A DNA stretch of 64,000 nt from contig JASLNT010000083.1 in assembly GCA_030745875.1 (NCBI GenBank), positions 3,501 to 67,500 of the forward strand, in the 5' to 3' direction. Within the stretch, counting starts at the first letter, position 1. Each line of letters opens with the position of its first letter. The translations under genes and the position numbers were made by a program. Positions 40,781-50,104 of the stretch are shown here, one piece after another. This DNA is from Phycisphaerae bacterium (GTDB taxonomy: Bacteria > Planctomycetota > Phycisphaerae > SM23-33). Under the pieces are notes generated by a model. That model worked only from the letters and a program-made list of their open reading frames with translations, searched no databases and was not told the origin of the DNA.

Positions 40781-41817
40781 CTTGATGCTCCTGTAGTGGG
40801 GCGGGGCGCGATCTTGCGTTTGAATATCCTCAGCGTCTTCCTGATCGGGTCCAGCACCAGGATACGACCATTACGATCGACGGCGATGTCGGGCACGATG
40901 TTGGTGTCTTTGGGCTGATCGGTGAACTCGTTCGGACCAGCCGCTACGTTATTAAGCTTCCCTTCGGGGCTGTAGACCTTGACTCGTTGGAGAGTTTTTT
41001 CGTACGTTACGATGCTCCCGTCGCCCAGGACCGCTATAGCAGCCGGGTTGCAGCATCCGTAGAACTTGGTTATGTCGGATCCCTCTGAGCCCCAACTCTT
41101 CAGGATATCGCCATAGCTGTCGCGAACTTGCACCAGAGATCGCCCCGGGTCCACCGTTAGAAGTTCGCCTTTGCCTGTCAGTGCAACGTCAAGATGCGGA
41201 CTGGGTACGTTGAACCCGCTCATGAAAGCTCCAGAGTCGTCGCGCCCGTTCTTGTAGGTTCGCTCGCCAGTCTTGCGGTCGTATCGCATAATAACGCGGT
41301 TTCCGGCATCAGCGGCGTATACGTATTGGTCCGAGACCGCCAGCGACACCAGGTGGGCCTTATCGTTCAGCGTTTCCCACTGGGTCTGCTGTTTTCCGTC
41401 GGCGGTTACTACTGCGATGGTGTTCCTGGCCGCTACGTATATTGTTCCGCCCGTCGAGGCCAGGGCCTGCGGTGCAAACGGCAGGTCTGCTCGCCTGATC
41501 TCCTGTCCTTCGGGTGACAGGATTGCGATCGCCTTATCGCCTGCCAGACAGATATTTCCGTCGTCAAGCACGGTCAGGGCGACAGGTGAATCCATCCCCG
41601 TCGGGAAAGCTGGAAGCGACTCCTGCCATTTCACCAGCGACAGATCGAATTTCTTAAGCTTCTGGAAAGCCTTGTCGTAGTCTCGCCCCGTGCCAGCGCC
41701 ATTGTCGCCCGTCGGGTCCATTAGACTAAACGCCGCCCAAACCGCGATCCCCACCGCAGCCAGTACGGCCAGCGATATCAACAGATCGTTCATTTTGCGG
41801 TTGGGCTGTTCGGTCAT
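40777..41817 (-). CDS. Membrane-anchored NHL-repeat beta-propeller
   Basis: N-terminal TM helix; YAADAGNRVI, DIAVDRNGRILVLD and FYGCCNPAAIAV. Confidence 0.78.
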   Translation of the reverse strand: MTEQPNRKMNDLLISLAVLAAVGIAVWAAFSLMDPTGDNGAGTGRDYDKAFQKLKKFDLSLVKWQESLPAFPTGMDSPVALTVLDDGNICLAGDKAIAILSPEGQEIRRADLPFAPQALASTGGTIYVAARNTIAVVTADGKQQTQWETLNDKAHLVSLAVSDQYVYAADAGNRVIMRYDRKTGERTYKNGRDDSGAFMSGFNVPSPHLDVALTGKGELLTVDPGRSLVQVRDSYGDILKSWGSEGSDITKFYGCCNPAAIAVLGDGSIVTYEKTLQRVKVYSPEGKLNNVAAGPNEFTDQPKDTNIVPDIAVDRNGRILVLDPIRKTLRIFKRKIAPRPTTGASR

Positions 41818-43352
41818 GGTCGTTGTTTCGCGGGTGTCTTTGCAGGTTTCGGGGCGTTTGGATCACGCAGATCCAGGCAGAGCATTTTCGTAAGGTCTCG
41901 CAGGATCAGCCTCCCGTCGGCGATCGCCATTGGCGCCCATGCTTCGTGGCCATCAAACACTTGAGCTTTGGCCAGTTCCTTCCAGCCCGCCGGTGTCGCA
42001 CGGGCCATTGTCAGCATTCCCGTCTTCCCATCCAAAGCCAGTATCTTGCCGTCTGCTATCAGATACGGCCCGAGTTCAAACTTATTCTCAGGTCCGCTGG
42101 ACCAGAGTCGCACACCGTCGAGGTTCATGCATATCATCTGCTGCCTGGCTTGGCCTGCGTTATTGGTCAGCACTCCATAGAGATGCTTTTCGTACAGCAA
42201 GGGGGTCTGCTGGATCGAGCCGAATATACCCGGTCCGCGTCGGAACGCCTCAACTGCGATTGACTCGCCGTCATCGTTCTGCTTTATCTTGAGCATGAGG
42301 CATCCGGCTTTGTAAGCTGCACTGAGGAATATCTGTTCGTCGCCGATAATCACAGGCGAGGGCGACAGCGCCGGTGTGACCTGCCAGTCCTTGAATCTCC
42401 AGATTATCTTGCCGTCCTCGGCCGAAACACCCACTACGCCTCCGGTGGTGCAGTAGATGTACATTCTCGTGCCCCAGTGTTCAAGCGGCATGATCGACGA
42501 GTGGGTCATCAACAACTTGTCCGGATTAGGCGTTTCCCAGAGTATTTCACCGGTTTCACAGTCTCGGGCGAGCATTAGCGCCTTGGCTCCGCCGGGCGCC
42601 AGCACCGCCACCTTGCGCTGAATAGTCTTGTCGCCTTCTTCAACTTCAATCGTATCGATCAGCGGACATTGGGCGCTGTACCATTCAGGTATAACCGCGC
42701 CGTATTTCTTTACAAGGTCCATCGTCCAGATTGGCTTGCCGGTAACAGCGTTGAGGCAAAGGACGTGGCCTTTGGGGCCTATGGTTACAACGAAGCGGTC
42801 AGTGACAGCGGGCACGCTGCGAGACACGCCATGCGATCGGCGAATAGGGATATGGTACCATTGTCTCCATATCTCGCTTCCGTCGACCAGTGAAAGACAT
42901 CTCAGCAGGTCGCCTTTCTGTGATTCGTCGACAGGATCCTTCGTGCCGGCGGGTCGGCCTTCGTAGTAGTCCAGAACGTATACGCGCCCCTTATGGATAG
43001 CGGCTCCACCGTAGCCCTGCCCCAAATCCAGTGACCAGAGAACCTTCGGTCCGCCCGCAGGCCACGATTCGGCAAGCGGGGTCTCCTCGACGCTAACGCC
43101 ATCGAGGCTGGAATTGCGGAATTGCGGCCAGGAGCCTGTCATGCCCTCGGGAGCCTTGCCGACGCCAGGAGTGAACTTACCGGGCAAATCGACCTCAAAC
43201 ACCTTAACAGGCGGGGCGTCAAACTCCTCACGCAGCGATAGATCGTCCGGACCCGCCCCCGACAGCCAGGCATAGCAGACCGCTACCCCTGTAACAGCAA
43301 ACAGCAACGGTATCAGGATGGCTATATTGAACGCTCGCATTATTGTTCGCAT
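41814..43352 (-). CDS. PQQ-binding-like beta-propeller protein
   Basis: Signal/TM segment, WPQFRN, GPKVLW and WAPMAIADGRLILRD. Confidence 0.8.
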   Translation of the reverse strand: MRTIMRAFNIAILIPLLFAVTGVAVCYAWLSGAGPDDLSLREEFDAPPVKVFEVDLPGKFTPGVGKAPEGMTGSWPQFRNSSLDGVSVEETPLAESWPAGGPKVLWSLDLGQGYGGAAIHKGRVYVLDYYEGRPAGTKDPVDESQKGDLLRCLSLVDGSEIWRQWYHIPIRRSHGVSRSVPAVTDRFVVTIGPKGHVLCLNAVTGKPIWTMDLVKKYGAVIPEWYSAQCPLIDTIEVEEGDKTIQRKVAVLAPGGAKALMLARDCETGEILWETPNPDKLLMTHSSIMPLEHWGTRMYIYCTTGGVVGVSAEDGKIIWRFKDWQVTPALSPSPVIIGDEQIFLSAAYKAGCLMLKIKQNDDGESIAVEAFRRGPGIFGSIQQTPLLYEKHLYGVLTNNAGQARQQMICMNLDGVRLWSSGPENKFELGPYLIADGKILALDGKTGMLTMARATPAGWKELAKAQVFDGHEAWAPMAIADGRLILRDLTKMLCLDLRDPNAPKPAKTPAKQRP

Positions 43353-43370
43353 TATAGCAGAATCCGTCTG

Positions 43371-46300
43371 CTATTCACTCCGTAACGCCCCCAATCTTTC
43401 GCCTCGTATCGTCAGCAGTCCAGCCAGTGCTATCCACAGCACGCCAAGAACCAGCATAGCTAATACGGTAGCACCCAGAGACGTGTAAGGCAAGCTTCCG
43501 CCTGCGGATCTTATCACCGGTCCGATCGCCACCAGCGCCGCGCCCAAACCACACGATACGCCCATCACCAGCAGGCCCGCATGCTCGATCAGCAGCATTT
43601 TGCGAATAGTTGAATTCTCGAACCCCACCGCCCAAAGCACGGCCAATTCACCGCGACGCTCCATTATGTTACGCACCACCACCAGCCCCAGGCCAACCGT
43701 GCCCAGCACCAAGCCCAGAGATCCGAGCACTTGGAACATGGCCATATAAGTTGACTGGACGGTGTTGAACGCCGCCAGACGGTCGACGGCTGATGAGGCT
43801 TCCATACCTACATCGCTCATGGCTCTGTTGAGTTGCTTGACCAGGGGCCCGGCGCGACCGGTCGCTGCTTCAGCCAAGAACACTCGATTACCGGATGAAC
43901 TGACGTATCGTTGCGTGAAGTGGTCCTGCGAGATCAGCAGCGAGCCCTGGAAGATCGAGTTGGCGATCTTTGCGACGATTTGTACTTTGAACTGCTCTCC
44001 TCGCTCGTCGACAAACTCCAGCGACTCGCCCAGCGATTTGCCAAGCGCCCATCGCACAGTGGCTTCGTCGCCTATGGCGGGCACGATGTCTGGTCCGAGA
44101 TCAGCATTCAGGAGTTCCCACGGATTTGTATCAGCGGACGGTTCTTGCGTTGCTATGAATGTGAATCGCCCGCGGAGGTCTTCAGGTTTCACGCCGATTA
44201 TGCGTGGTGACTGGGCGCGGTTCAGATTCAGGCAATTGGCCTGATCTCCGTCGCGCAGGCGCATGTGTACGATCGAGGCGGCGTTCCAGGGGCCTTCATC
44301 GAGACCGAAGGGCTCCCTGCCTTCAGGCGTGTTGAGATTTCCGAACACCGGGAGGGACGATTCGCCAAACAATGCGAACCCGCCCGTTCCCGACGTAGGC
44401 TTTTCGACATCGTCCAGAGGGCTTGCCTGGTTGGCTCCGACGGCGATGACCATGGATACTCCACAGGCGATAATTGCAACGACGCCCAGCGACCGCCCGG
44501 GCCTTCGTCCAGCCCCGCGCAAAGCGATATCCATGAGCGACATTCTTCGGCCTGATAGCTTTACAGCCGCCCGCCCCAACCATGTTCGGCAGGCCGACAA
44601 CAACGCTATCAGCAGGAGGAAGCCTGCAGCAAAGAACGCCCCGGTCTGTGAACTGATACACGCCAGGGCGGCGATTCCAGCGGCGACGCACGCTGCGGCG
44701 GTGAGAAAGCTCGGATCCTTCCGCAACGGTTTGGCCTGCTTGGCTGGGGGTGTGGGGGATATATTATCCAGCAGGTTGCGGATTTCCCGGCGGAACTGCC
44801 TTCGCAGCACTATCAGGATCGCCGTCATCGCTACGGCAAATGATGATACGGCTCCGATGATCATCGTCATCGAAGTTGCGTGGAAATCAATAGCTGCGGA
44901 AGTTACGGCCCCCCGCCATATCGTCGCCAGGCCCCCGAGGACCATTCGAGTGTAGAGGATTCCTCCAGGCAACCCAATTGCGACCGCTATCAGCGCCAGC
45001 ACCGCGCCTTCGGAAACCACGATGCGCCTGACGCGTCTTTGCGTAAAGCCCACGGCCAGCATTAACCCAAGTTCGCTCGTTCGTTGGCGGACGCCCAGTG
45101 CGAACACCATCGCCGCCAGCAGAACCGCCGCACCGACCAGGAACATGCTCAAACCCAGGAAGAGCTGCCCGAAATCCAATGCCTCCGAAGCTGCGGTGCG
45201 GGCTCGAGCAGCAACGTCGCCGAATGTCAGCCCCAGCTGGCTGGGCGTTAGTTTCTTGTGGATTGCTGTCTCGTAATCCTTGGCGGTTAGTTCATTCTGC
45301 CTAATTGCAGTCAGGTCGCCAAAACGATTGGACCAGAGTTTCCGACCGGCGGCCAGGGATATGATCGCCTTGGGCGTACCGCGATAGTCCTTCCAGTACG
45401 CCCGGTCTTCGTCCTGTATCTTGCGTTTGTCGATCTTGACGCCCGGATCCCATGCGCGGCAGTCGGCGGCTCCGGAGAGTCCGGGAAAATCGGGCATTAG
45501 GTCGCGATCGAGCAGTTCCGAATCATTGGGGATGACTTTTGCGATTTTGAAGAGGGCGGTGTGCTCCGTGAGTTTCCGCATGGGCCCCAGTACGTAGTAT
45601 TTGATGGCGAGCGTGTCGCCCGGCGCGGCCGACAGGTCGTCAGCCAGCCACTTGCTGACGATCGCCTCGTCATCGCCGAGGGCCTGGTCGGCGCTGATGA
45701 GAGGTCCCCGTGCGGTAATGGTGGAGTAGGGGGTTGTACGGTCTGCTACACTTAGTTCATTTGCAAAATACGTAAGGACACCTTCGGGTGGAGCCTGCGG
45801 GGCGACGGTTTGGGCGGCTTGGACAACCGCCGGATGCAGGAAGATGCGATTGCTGCGAACTTCCACAGTCTTGCTATTCGGTCGTTCTTTCCGCCCGCAG
45901 TCTTGCACTTTCACACCGATGTCGTCGAGCGTCCATACGCTAGCCAACGCCTGATCGGCCGCTTTGGCGGAGGCGCCGTTGGCGAGCAATAGATTCGCCC
46001 TGCCCGACAGGTCGATTTTTTTCGCCAGCCAGTCCAACTGCAGATATGCGTTGAGCGGAGCGGCCTGGTCGGCTCGCAGGCTGAATCGTCCGAATTGTTC
46101 GGGTCGGACTATTGCTGCGATCTTCAGGCGGACCGTCACCGCCGCGTCGGACGTGCGCGACAGCGGAGCGTCACGCGACACTGTTGAGGGTTTCGACACT
46201 GTCAACAGCATCTCCTGGCCGGGTTTCAGGCCCAGGCGTTCAGCCAGCGGTTCATTAACAGCGACCTCTCCGTCTTTGAGTTCAGCGATGCCGGATGGCG

Positions 46301-46667
46301 GCCTCGGGGCGAGTTTCCAGAATGCCTGGCTAACGCCGAGAACGTTTACATTGCCTGTGCGGCGTTTTGAATCTTCGCTGTGCACTCCAACGCCGGGCAG
46401 TTGAATCGCGGCGGCGACTTTTGCATTCAGTATGTGCGCCAACTTGTCGCCCAGATTTGCTCGGAAGAAGTTGTCCCCGCCGTCCAGAGCGACTGATACG
46501 TCGCCCAGGCGGACGCGAGCGGTCCGGTGCAGTGTTCCGGAGACCGAATCTCCGACCAGCAGAGCTCCGGTGAGGACAGCCGTTGCGACGGCGGCTGCTC
46601 CTATCACGCCGATGTGGGTCCTGCGATAGAACCACAGACTGCGGGCGATTAGATCGATGAACTTCAT
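43371..46667 (-). CDS. FtsX/LolC-like ABC exporter permease (duplicated, 1098 aa)
   Basis: Two MacB/FtsX halves, each with R..ELG/A.L.AVGF motifs and a large periplasmic loop. Confidence 0.85.
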   Translation of the reverse strand: MKFIDLIARSLWFYRRTHIGVIGAAAVATAVLTGALLVGDSVSGTLHRTARVRLGDVSVALDGGDNFFRANLGDKLAHILNAKVAAAIQLPGVGVHSEDSKRRTGNVNVLGVSQAFWKLAPRPPSGIAELKDGEVAVNEPLAERLGLKPGQEMLLTVSKPSTVSRDAPLSRTSDAAVTVRLKIAAIVRPEQFGRFSLRADQAAPLNAYLQLDWLAKKIDLSGRANLLLANGASAKAADQALASVWTLDDIGVKVQDCGRKERPNSKTVEVRSNRIFLHPAVVQAAQTVAPQAPPEGVLTYFANELSVADRTTPYSTITARGPLISADQALGDDEAIVSKWLADDLSAAPGDTLAIKYYVLGPMRKLTEHTALFKIAKVIPNDSELLDRDLMPDFPGLSGAADCRAWDPGVKIDKRKIQDEDRAYWKDYRGTPKAIISLAAGRKLWSNRFGDLTAIRQNELTAKDYETAIHKKLTPSQLGLTFGDVAARARTAASEALDFGQLFLGLSMFLVGAAVLLAAMVFALGVRQRTSELGLMLAVGFTQRRVRRIVVSEGAVLALIAVAIGLPGGILYTRMVLGGLATIWRGAVTSAAIDFHATSMTMIIGAVSSFAVAMTAILIVLRRQFRREIRNLLDNISPTPPAKQAKPLRKDPSFLTAAACVAAGIAALACISSQTGAFFAAGFLLLIALLSACRTWLGRAAVKLSGRRMSLMDIALRGAGRRPGRSLGVVAIIACGVSMVIAVGANQASPLDDVEKPTSGTGGFALFGESSLPVFGNLNTPEGREPFGLDEGPWNAASIVHMRLRDGDQANCLNLNRAQSPRIIGVKPEDLRGRFTFIATQEPSADTNPWELLNADLGPDIVPAIGDEATVRWALGKSLGESLEFVDERGEQFKVQIVAKIANSIFQGSLLISQDHFTQRYVSSSGNRVFLAEAATGRAGPLVKQLNRAMSDVGMEASSAVDRLAAFNTVQSTYMAMFQVLGSLGLVLGTVGLGLVVVRNIMERRGELAVLWAVGFENSTIRKMLLIEHAGLLVMGVSCGLGAALVAIGPVIRSAGGSLPYTSLGATVLAMLVLGVLWIALAGLLTIRGERLGALRSE

Positions 46668-47362
46668 CTGCTGGTTTCCAGTTCGCTCAGGGTTCCATCG
46701 CGCAGTTCCATTACACGATCCATCCGCCCAGCCAGATCGGATGAGTGTGTCACCACGATAAGAGTTGTTCCTTCACTGCGGTTGAGTTCAACCAGAAGTT
46801 CTATCAGGGATTCGGATGTTTGCCTGTCGAGTGAGCCCGTTGGTTCGTCGGCGAGCAGCAAAGAGGGTGCGTTAATCAACGCTCGAGCGAGCGCAACTCG
46901 CTGCCGTTCTCCTCCCGAAAGCAGCGGGGGTTTGTCATCGGCCCGGTCGGCGAGAGCGACGCGTTTGAGCAGTTCGACGGCACGGCCCGAAGAATCGGCT
47001 CCCACGCTTCCTGACGCCAGGGCTGGCAGGAGTACGTTCTCGAGAACCGTACACTGGGGCAGAAGATGATGTTGTTGAAACACGAATCCGATACGGCTGC
47101 GTCTGATCTCCGCCAGTTGGGCGGCTTTGAGAGTTGTCAGATCACGCCCGCCCAGGCGCACCGTTCCGCTCGTGGGCCGGTCCAGTGCTCCGATAAGATT
47201 CAGCAACGTGCTCTTGCCCGATCCGGACGGGCCGACAATCGCCACCGCTTGCCCGGCAGGTATGGTCAGGGAGATATCGTCGAGCACAGCGGCGGCGGAA
47301 TCGCGAGCCTGAGAATAAGTTTTGGAAACACCCGTGAGTTCGAGGAGTACTTGATCGTTCAT
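46664..47362 (-). CDS. LolD-like ABC ATPase
   Basis: GPSGSGKS, IGFVFQ.HHLLP, LSGGERQRVA, ADEPTGSLD and VTH motifs. Confidence 0.9.
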   Translation of the reverse strand: MNDQVLLELTGVSKTYSQARDSAAAVLDDISLTIPAGQAVAIVGPSGSGKSTLLNLIGALDRPTSGTVRLGGRDLTTLKAAQLAEIRRSRIGFVFQQHHLLPQCTVLENVLLPALASGSVGADSSGRAVELLKRVALADRADDKPPLLSGGERQRVALARALINAPSLLLADEPTGSLDRQTSESLIELLVELNRSEGTTLIVVTHSSDLAGRMDRVMELRDGTLSELETSR

Positions 47363-47378
47363 GTTATCTCGCAGGAAT

Positions 47379-48542
47379 CTATTTTCGCCCAAAGGCGTAG
47401 ATGTATCCGTCCTGGCAGCCGATTACAAATTTACCGTCCGCGACAGCCGGACACGACGTGATCGCCTCGCCGATTCTGTAACGCCACAACTCCTTGCCTT
47501 CCGCCAGAGATAGAATGTACAGGCGTCCGTCTTCGCTGGCGGCCAGAACCTTGGCTCCGCATATTACAGGAGAACTGTCGACCTGGTCCTTCGTACGGAA
47601 CCGCCATTTCGTCTTGCCGGTCTTGCGGTCAATACAATGCACTCGTTTGTCGCGTCCTCCGACTACTACGTATTTCGCTCCCACCGCAGGTGACGCGAAG
47701 AAGGGTTGTTCGCCCGCTCCATACTTCCAGAGCGTCTTACCGCGTTTGAGATCCACCTTCAGCAGTTCACCGTCGTAGTGCCCCACGAACGCTTCGCCGC
47801 CGGCCAGTGCAGCCGATGAGGCGATATACGAGCCGATTTCGATCTTCTTGACCGCCTTGCCTGTGGCGGTTGAAACCACGTGCAGTATCCCGTCGCAGCC
47901 GCCGAACACCACCTTTCCGTCGGCCACGGCGGGGGCTCCGTTGATGAAATACTCGGTTTCGTAAGTCCAGCACTTCTTGCCCGTCTTCGCGTCGACACAG
48001 TGGAGGAAATTGTCGTAACTGCCCACGAGTATTCGCAGACTGTCGCCTTCACGCGAATAGTTGGCCGATCCGAGTATTCGGTCGTCGGCTTTGTACTTCC
48101 AGAGCTGTTTGCCCGTCTCAGCCGACAGGCAGTGCAGATCGCCATTGTCCGTGCCGACGATGACCATACCGTCGATCGCCAGCGGCGGGGCGCTTACGGG
48201 TTCATCGGCCTTGAAAGACCATATCTTCTTACCATCGGCGAGGGACAGTGCGTAGAGATTCTCATCATCGCTGCCGACGAATACCCTCTGCTTGCTGATG
48301 ACAGGCGATGACACGACCGCATCTCCTGTCTTGAACCGCCACAGCAACGAAGGCTTATCGGGCAGTTTGCCTGCTGCGATGCCGGTAAGAGAGGGCTGAC
48401 CGCGGAATATCGTCCAGTCACCCGCCGGGCCGGAGGTCGGTTGCGAAATGGCGGCCGGCTTGGCTGGGGGCGTAGGAGCTGCGTGTATCCAAACGCATAC
48501 CGCCGCAACAAACAGCATCGCAAGCACTATAGTGTAACGCAT
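47379..48542 (-). CDS. Secreted PQQ/BamB-like beta-propeller (regular eight-bladed type)
   Basis: Signal peptide; regular SSP..VGSDD..L.A..GK..W repeats. Confidence 0.82.
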   Translation of the reverse strand: MRYTIVLAMLFVAAVCVWIHAAPTPPAKPAAISQPTSGPAGDWTIFRGQPSLTGIAAGKLPDKPSLLWRFKTGDAVVSSPVISKQRVFVGSDDENLYALSLADGKKIWSFKADEPVSAPPLAIDGMVIVGTDNGDLHCLSAETGKQLWKYKADDRILGSANYSREGDSLRILVGSYDNFLHCVDAKTGKKCWTYETEYFINGAPAVADGKVVFGGCDGILHVVSTATGKAVKKIEIGSYIASSAALAGGEAFVGHYDGELLKVDLKRGKTLWKYGAGEQPFFASPAVGAKYVVVGGRDKRVHCIDRKTGKTKWRFRTKDQVDSSPVICGAKVLAASEDGRLYILSLAEGKELWRYRIGEAITSCPAVADGKFVIGCQDGYIYAFGRK

Positions 48543-48661
48543 ATCTATTATCCTCACTCACATCATACTCGGGCCAATTGCTTGCCTAAAGAGCAATTGT
48601 CGTCATAATGGAGAAAAGCGAGCCGGTGGCGAATTTGGCGCCTTCTATTAAGGAGAACGTA

Positions 48662-50095
48662 ATGCAGGCCAACAGAATGCACCGTTTGGTGATAGTTTCG
48701 GCGATTTTGCTGGGTTTTTCAACCGGTCCGACCATTGCGGCTCCCGCCGGGCGGGTAGAAAGAGACTCTCTCCCGCAAGTGCTGATCATTGGGGATTCGA
48801 TATCGATTGGTTACATGAAGGCCTTGTCGGAATTGCTGAAGGACAAAGCGATAGTCCGCCATAATCCCGGCAACGCCGGACACACCGGTATGGGCCTGTC
48901 GAATATCAAGCGGTACATCGGCAAGACCAAGTGGGATGTTATCCACTTTAACTGGGGACTGTGGGATCTGTGCTACCGAAACTCGAAATCGAAGAACCAA
49001 GGCCGTCGCGACAAGGTCAACGGCAAGCTCACGCACACGCTCGAGCAGTACCAAGCCAATCTTCACAAGCTCGTGAAGGAACTGAAAACCACCGACGCCA
49101 AACTGATCTGGGCGTCGACTACACCTGTGCCTGACGGAGAGGCCGGGCGCGTCAAGGGCGACGAACTGAAGTACAACGCTGTTGCAGCAAAGATAATGGC
49201 TGAAAACAAGATCGCGATCAACGATCTGCACGCCCATATGACGAGACGATTGGAGGACTTCGAAAAGAAGGGCAACGTGCATTTTGATGCGGCTGGTTCG
49301 AAGCACCTTGCAGAGAAAGTCGCCGCGGAGATACTGAAAGTTCTCCCCGCCAAGGCCGACTCAAGACAGGGCGTTTCGACTTTTCCGGGCAAGATTGGCA
49401 AGTGGAACGGTTTTACGATACATGATTTCAGGCTCGACGGGCGCGGATGCCGCCTAGTTGTTCCCGACAAACCTGCTCCCGCTCGCCCGTGGATATGGCG
49501 GGCGAGGTTCTTCGGACACGAGCCGCAGACCGACATTGCACTTCTGAAGAAGGGTTTTCACGTTGCCTACATAGGCGTTGGCGGTCTGTACGGAGCTCCT
49601 CCGGCGGTCAAAGTCTGGGACGGGTTCCACAAGTATCTCACAACCAAACACAAGCTTGCGGCCAAACCCGCGTTGGAGGGCATGTCGCGAGGCGGACTGA
49701 TTATTTACAATTGGGCGGCGAAGAATCCTGACAAGGTCTCGTGCATTTACGGAGACGCACCGGTGTGCGACATTCGAAGCTGGCCGGGCAAGAAGGGGGT
49801 CGGATGCATGAAGGTGTACGGCATCACTGTTGAGCAATTGGACGACTTCAAAGAGAATCCGATAGATCACCTCGCCCCAATGGCCAAAGCGAAGGTGCCG
49901 CTGCTCATAGTTGCAGGCGATGCTGACCGGGTGGTGCCCATCAAGGAAAACGCCCTGGTCATGAAGGAACGCTACGAGAAACTCGGCGGTCCGATCAAGT
50001 TAATCGTCAAGAAAGGCGTCGACCATCATCCCCACAGCCTTAAAGACCCTACGCCTATAGTTGAATTCATTCTGAAGCATACACCGCTTAAGTAG
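48662..50095 (+). CDS. Secreted SGNH/GDSL hydrolase fused to an alpha/beta hydrolase
   Basis: IIGDSIS, HFNWGLWD and NVHF; second domain GMSRGG, D and HHPH; AAGGAG RBS. Confidence 0.82.
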   Translation: MQANRMHRLVIVSAILLGFSTGPTIAAPAGRVERDSLPQVLIIGDSISIGYMKALSELLKDKAIVRHNPGNAGHTGMGLSNIKRYIGKTKWDVIHFNWGLWDLCYRNSKSKNQGRRDKVNGKLTHTLEQYQANLHKLVKELKTTDAKLIWASTTPVPDGEAGRVKGDELKYNAVAAKIMAENKIAINDLHAHMTRRLEDFEKKGNVHFDAAGSKHLAEKVAAEILKVLPAKADSRQGVSTFPGKIGKWNGFTIHDFRLDGRGCRLVVPDKPAPARPWIWRARFFGHEPQTDIALLKKGFHVAYIGVGGLYGAPPAVKVWDGFHKYLTTKHKLAAKPALEGMSRGGLIIYNWAAKNPDKVSCIYGDAPVCDIRSWPGKKGVGCMKVYGITVEQLDDFKENPIDHLAPMAKAKVPLLIVAGDADRVVPIKENALVMKERYEKLGGPIKLIVKKGVDHHPHSLKDPTPIVEFILKHTPLK

Positions 50096-50104
50096 ACAGG
50101 CCGC

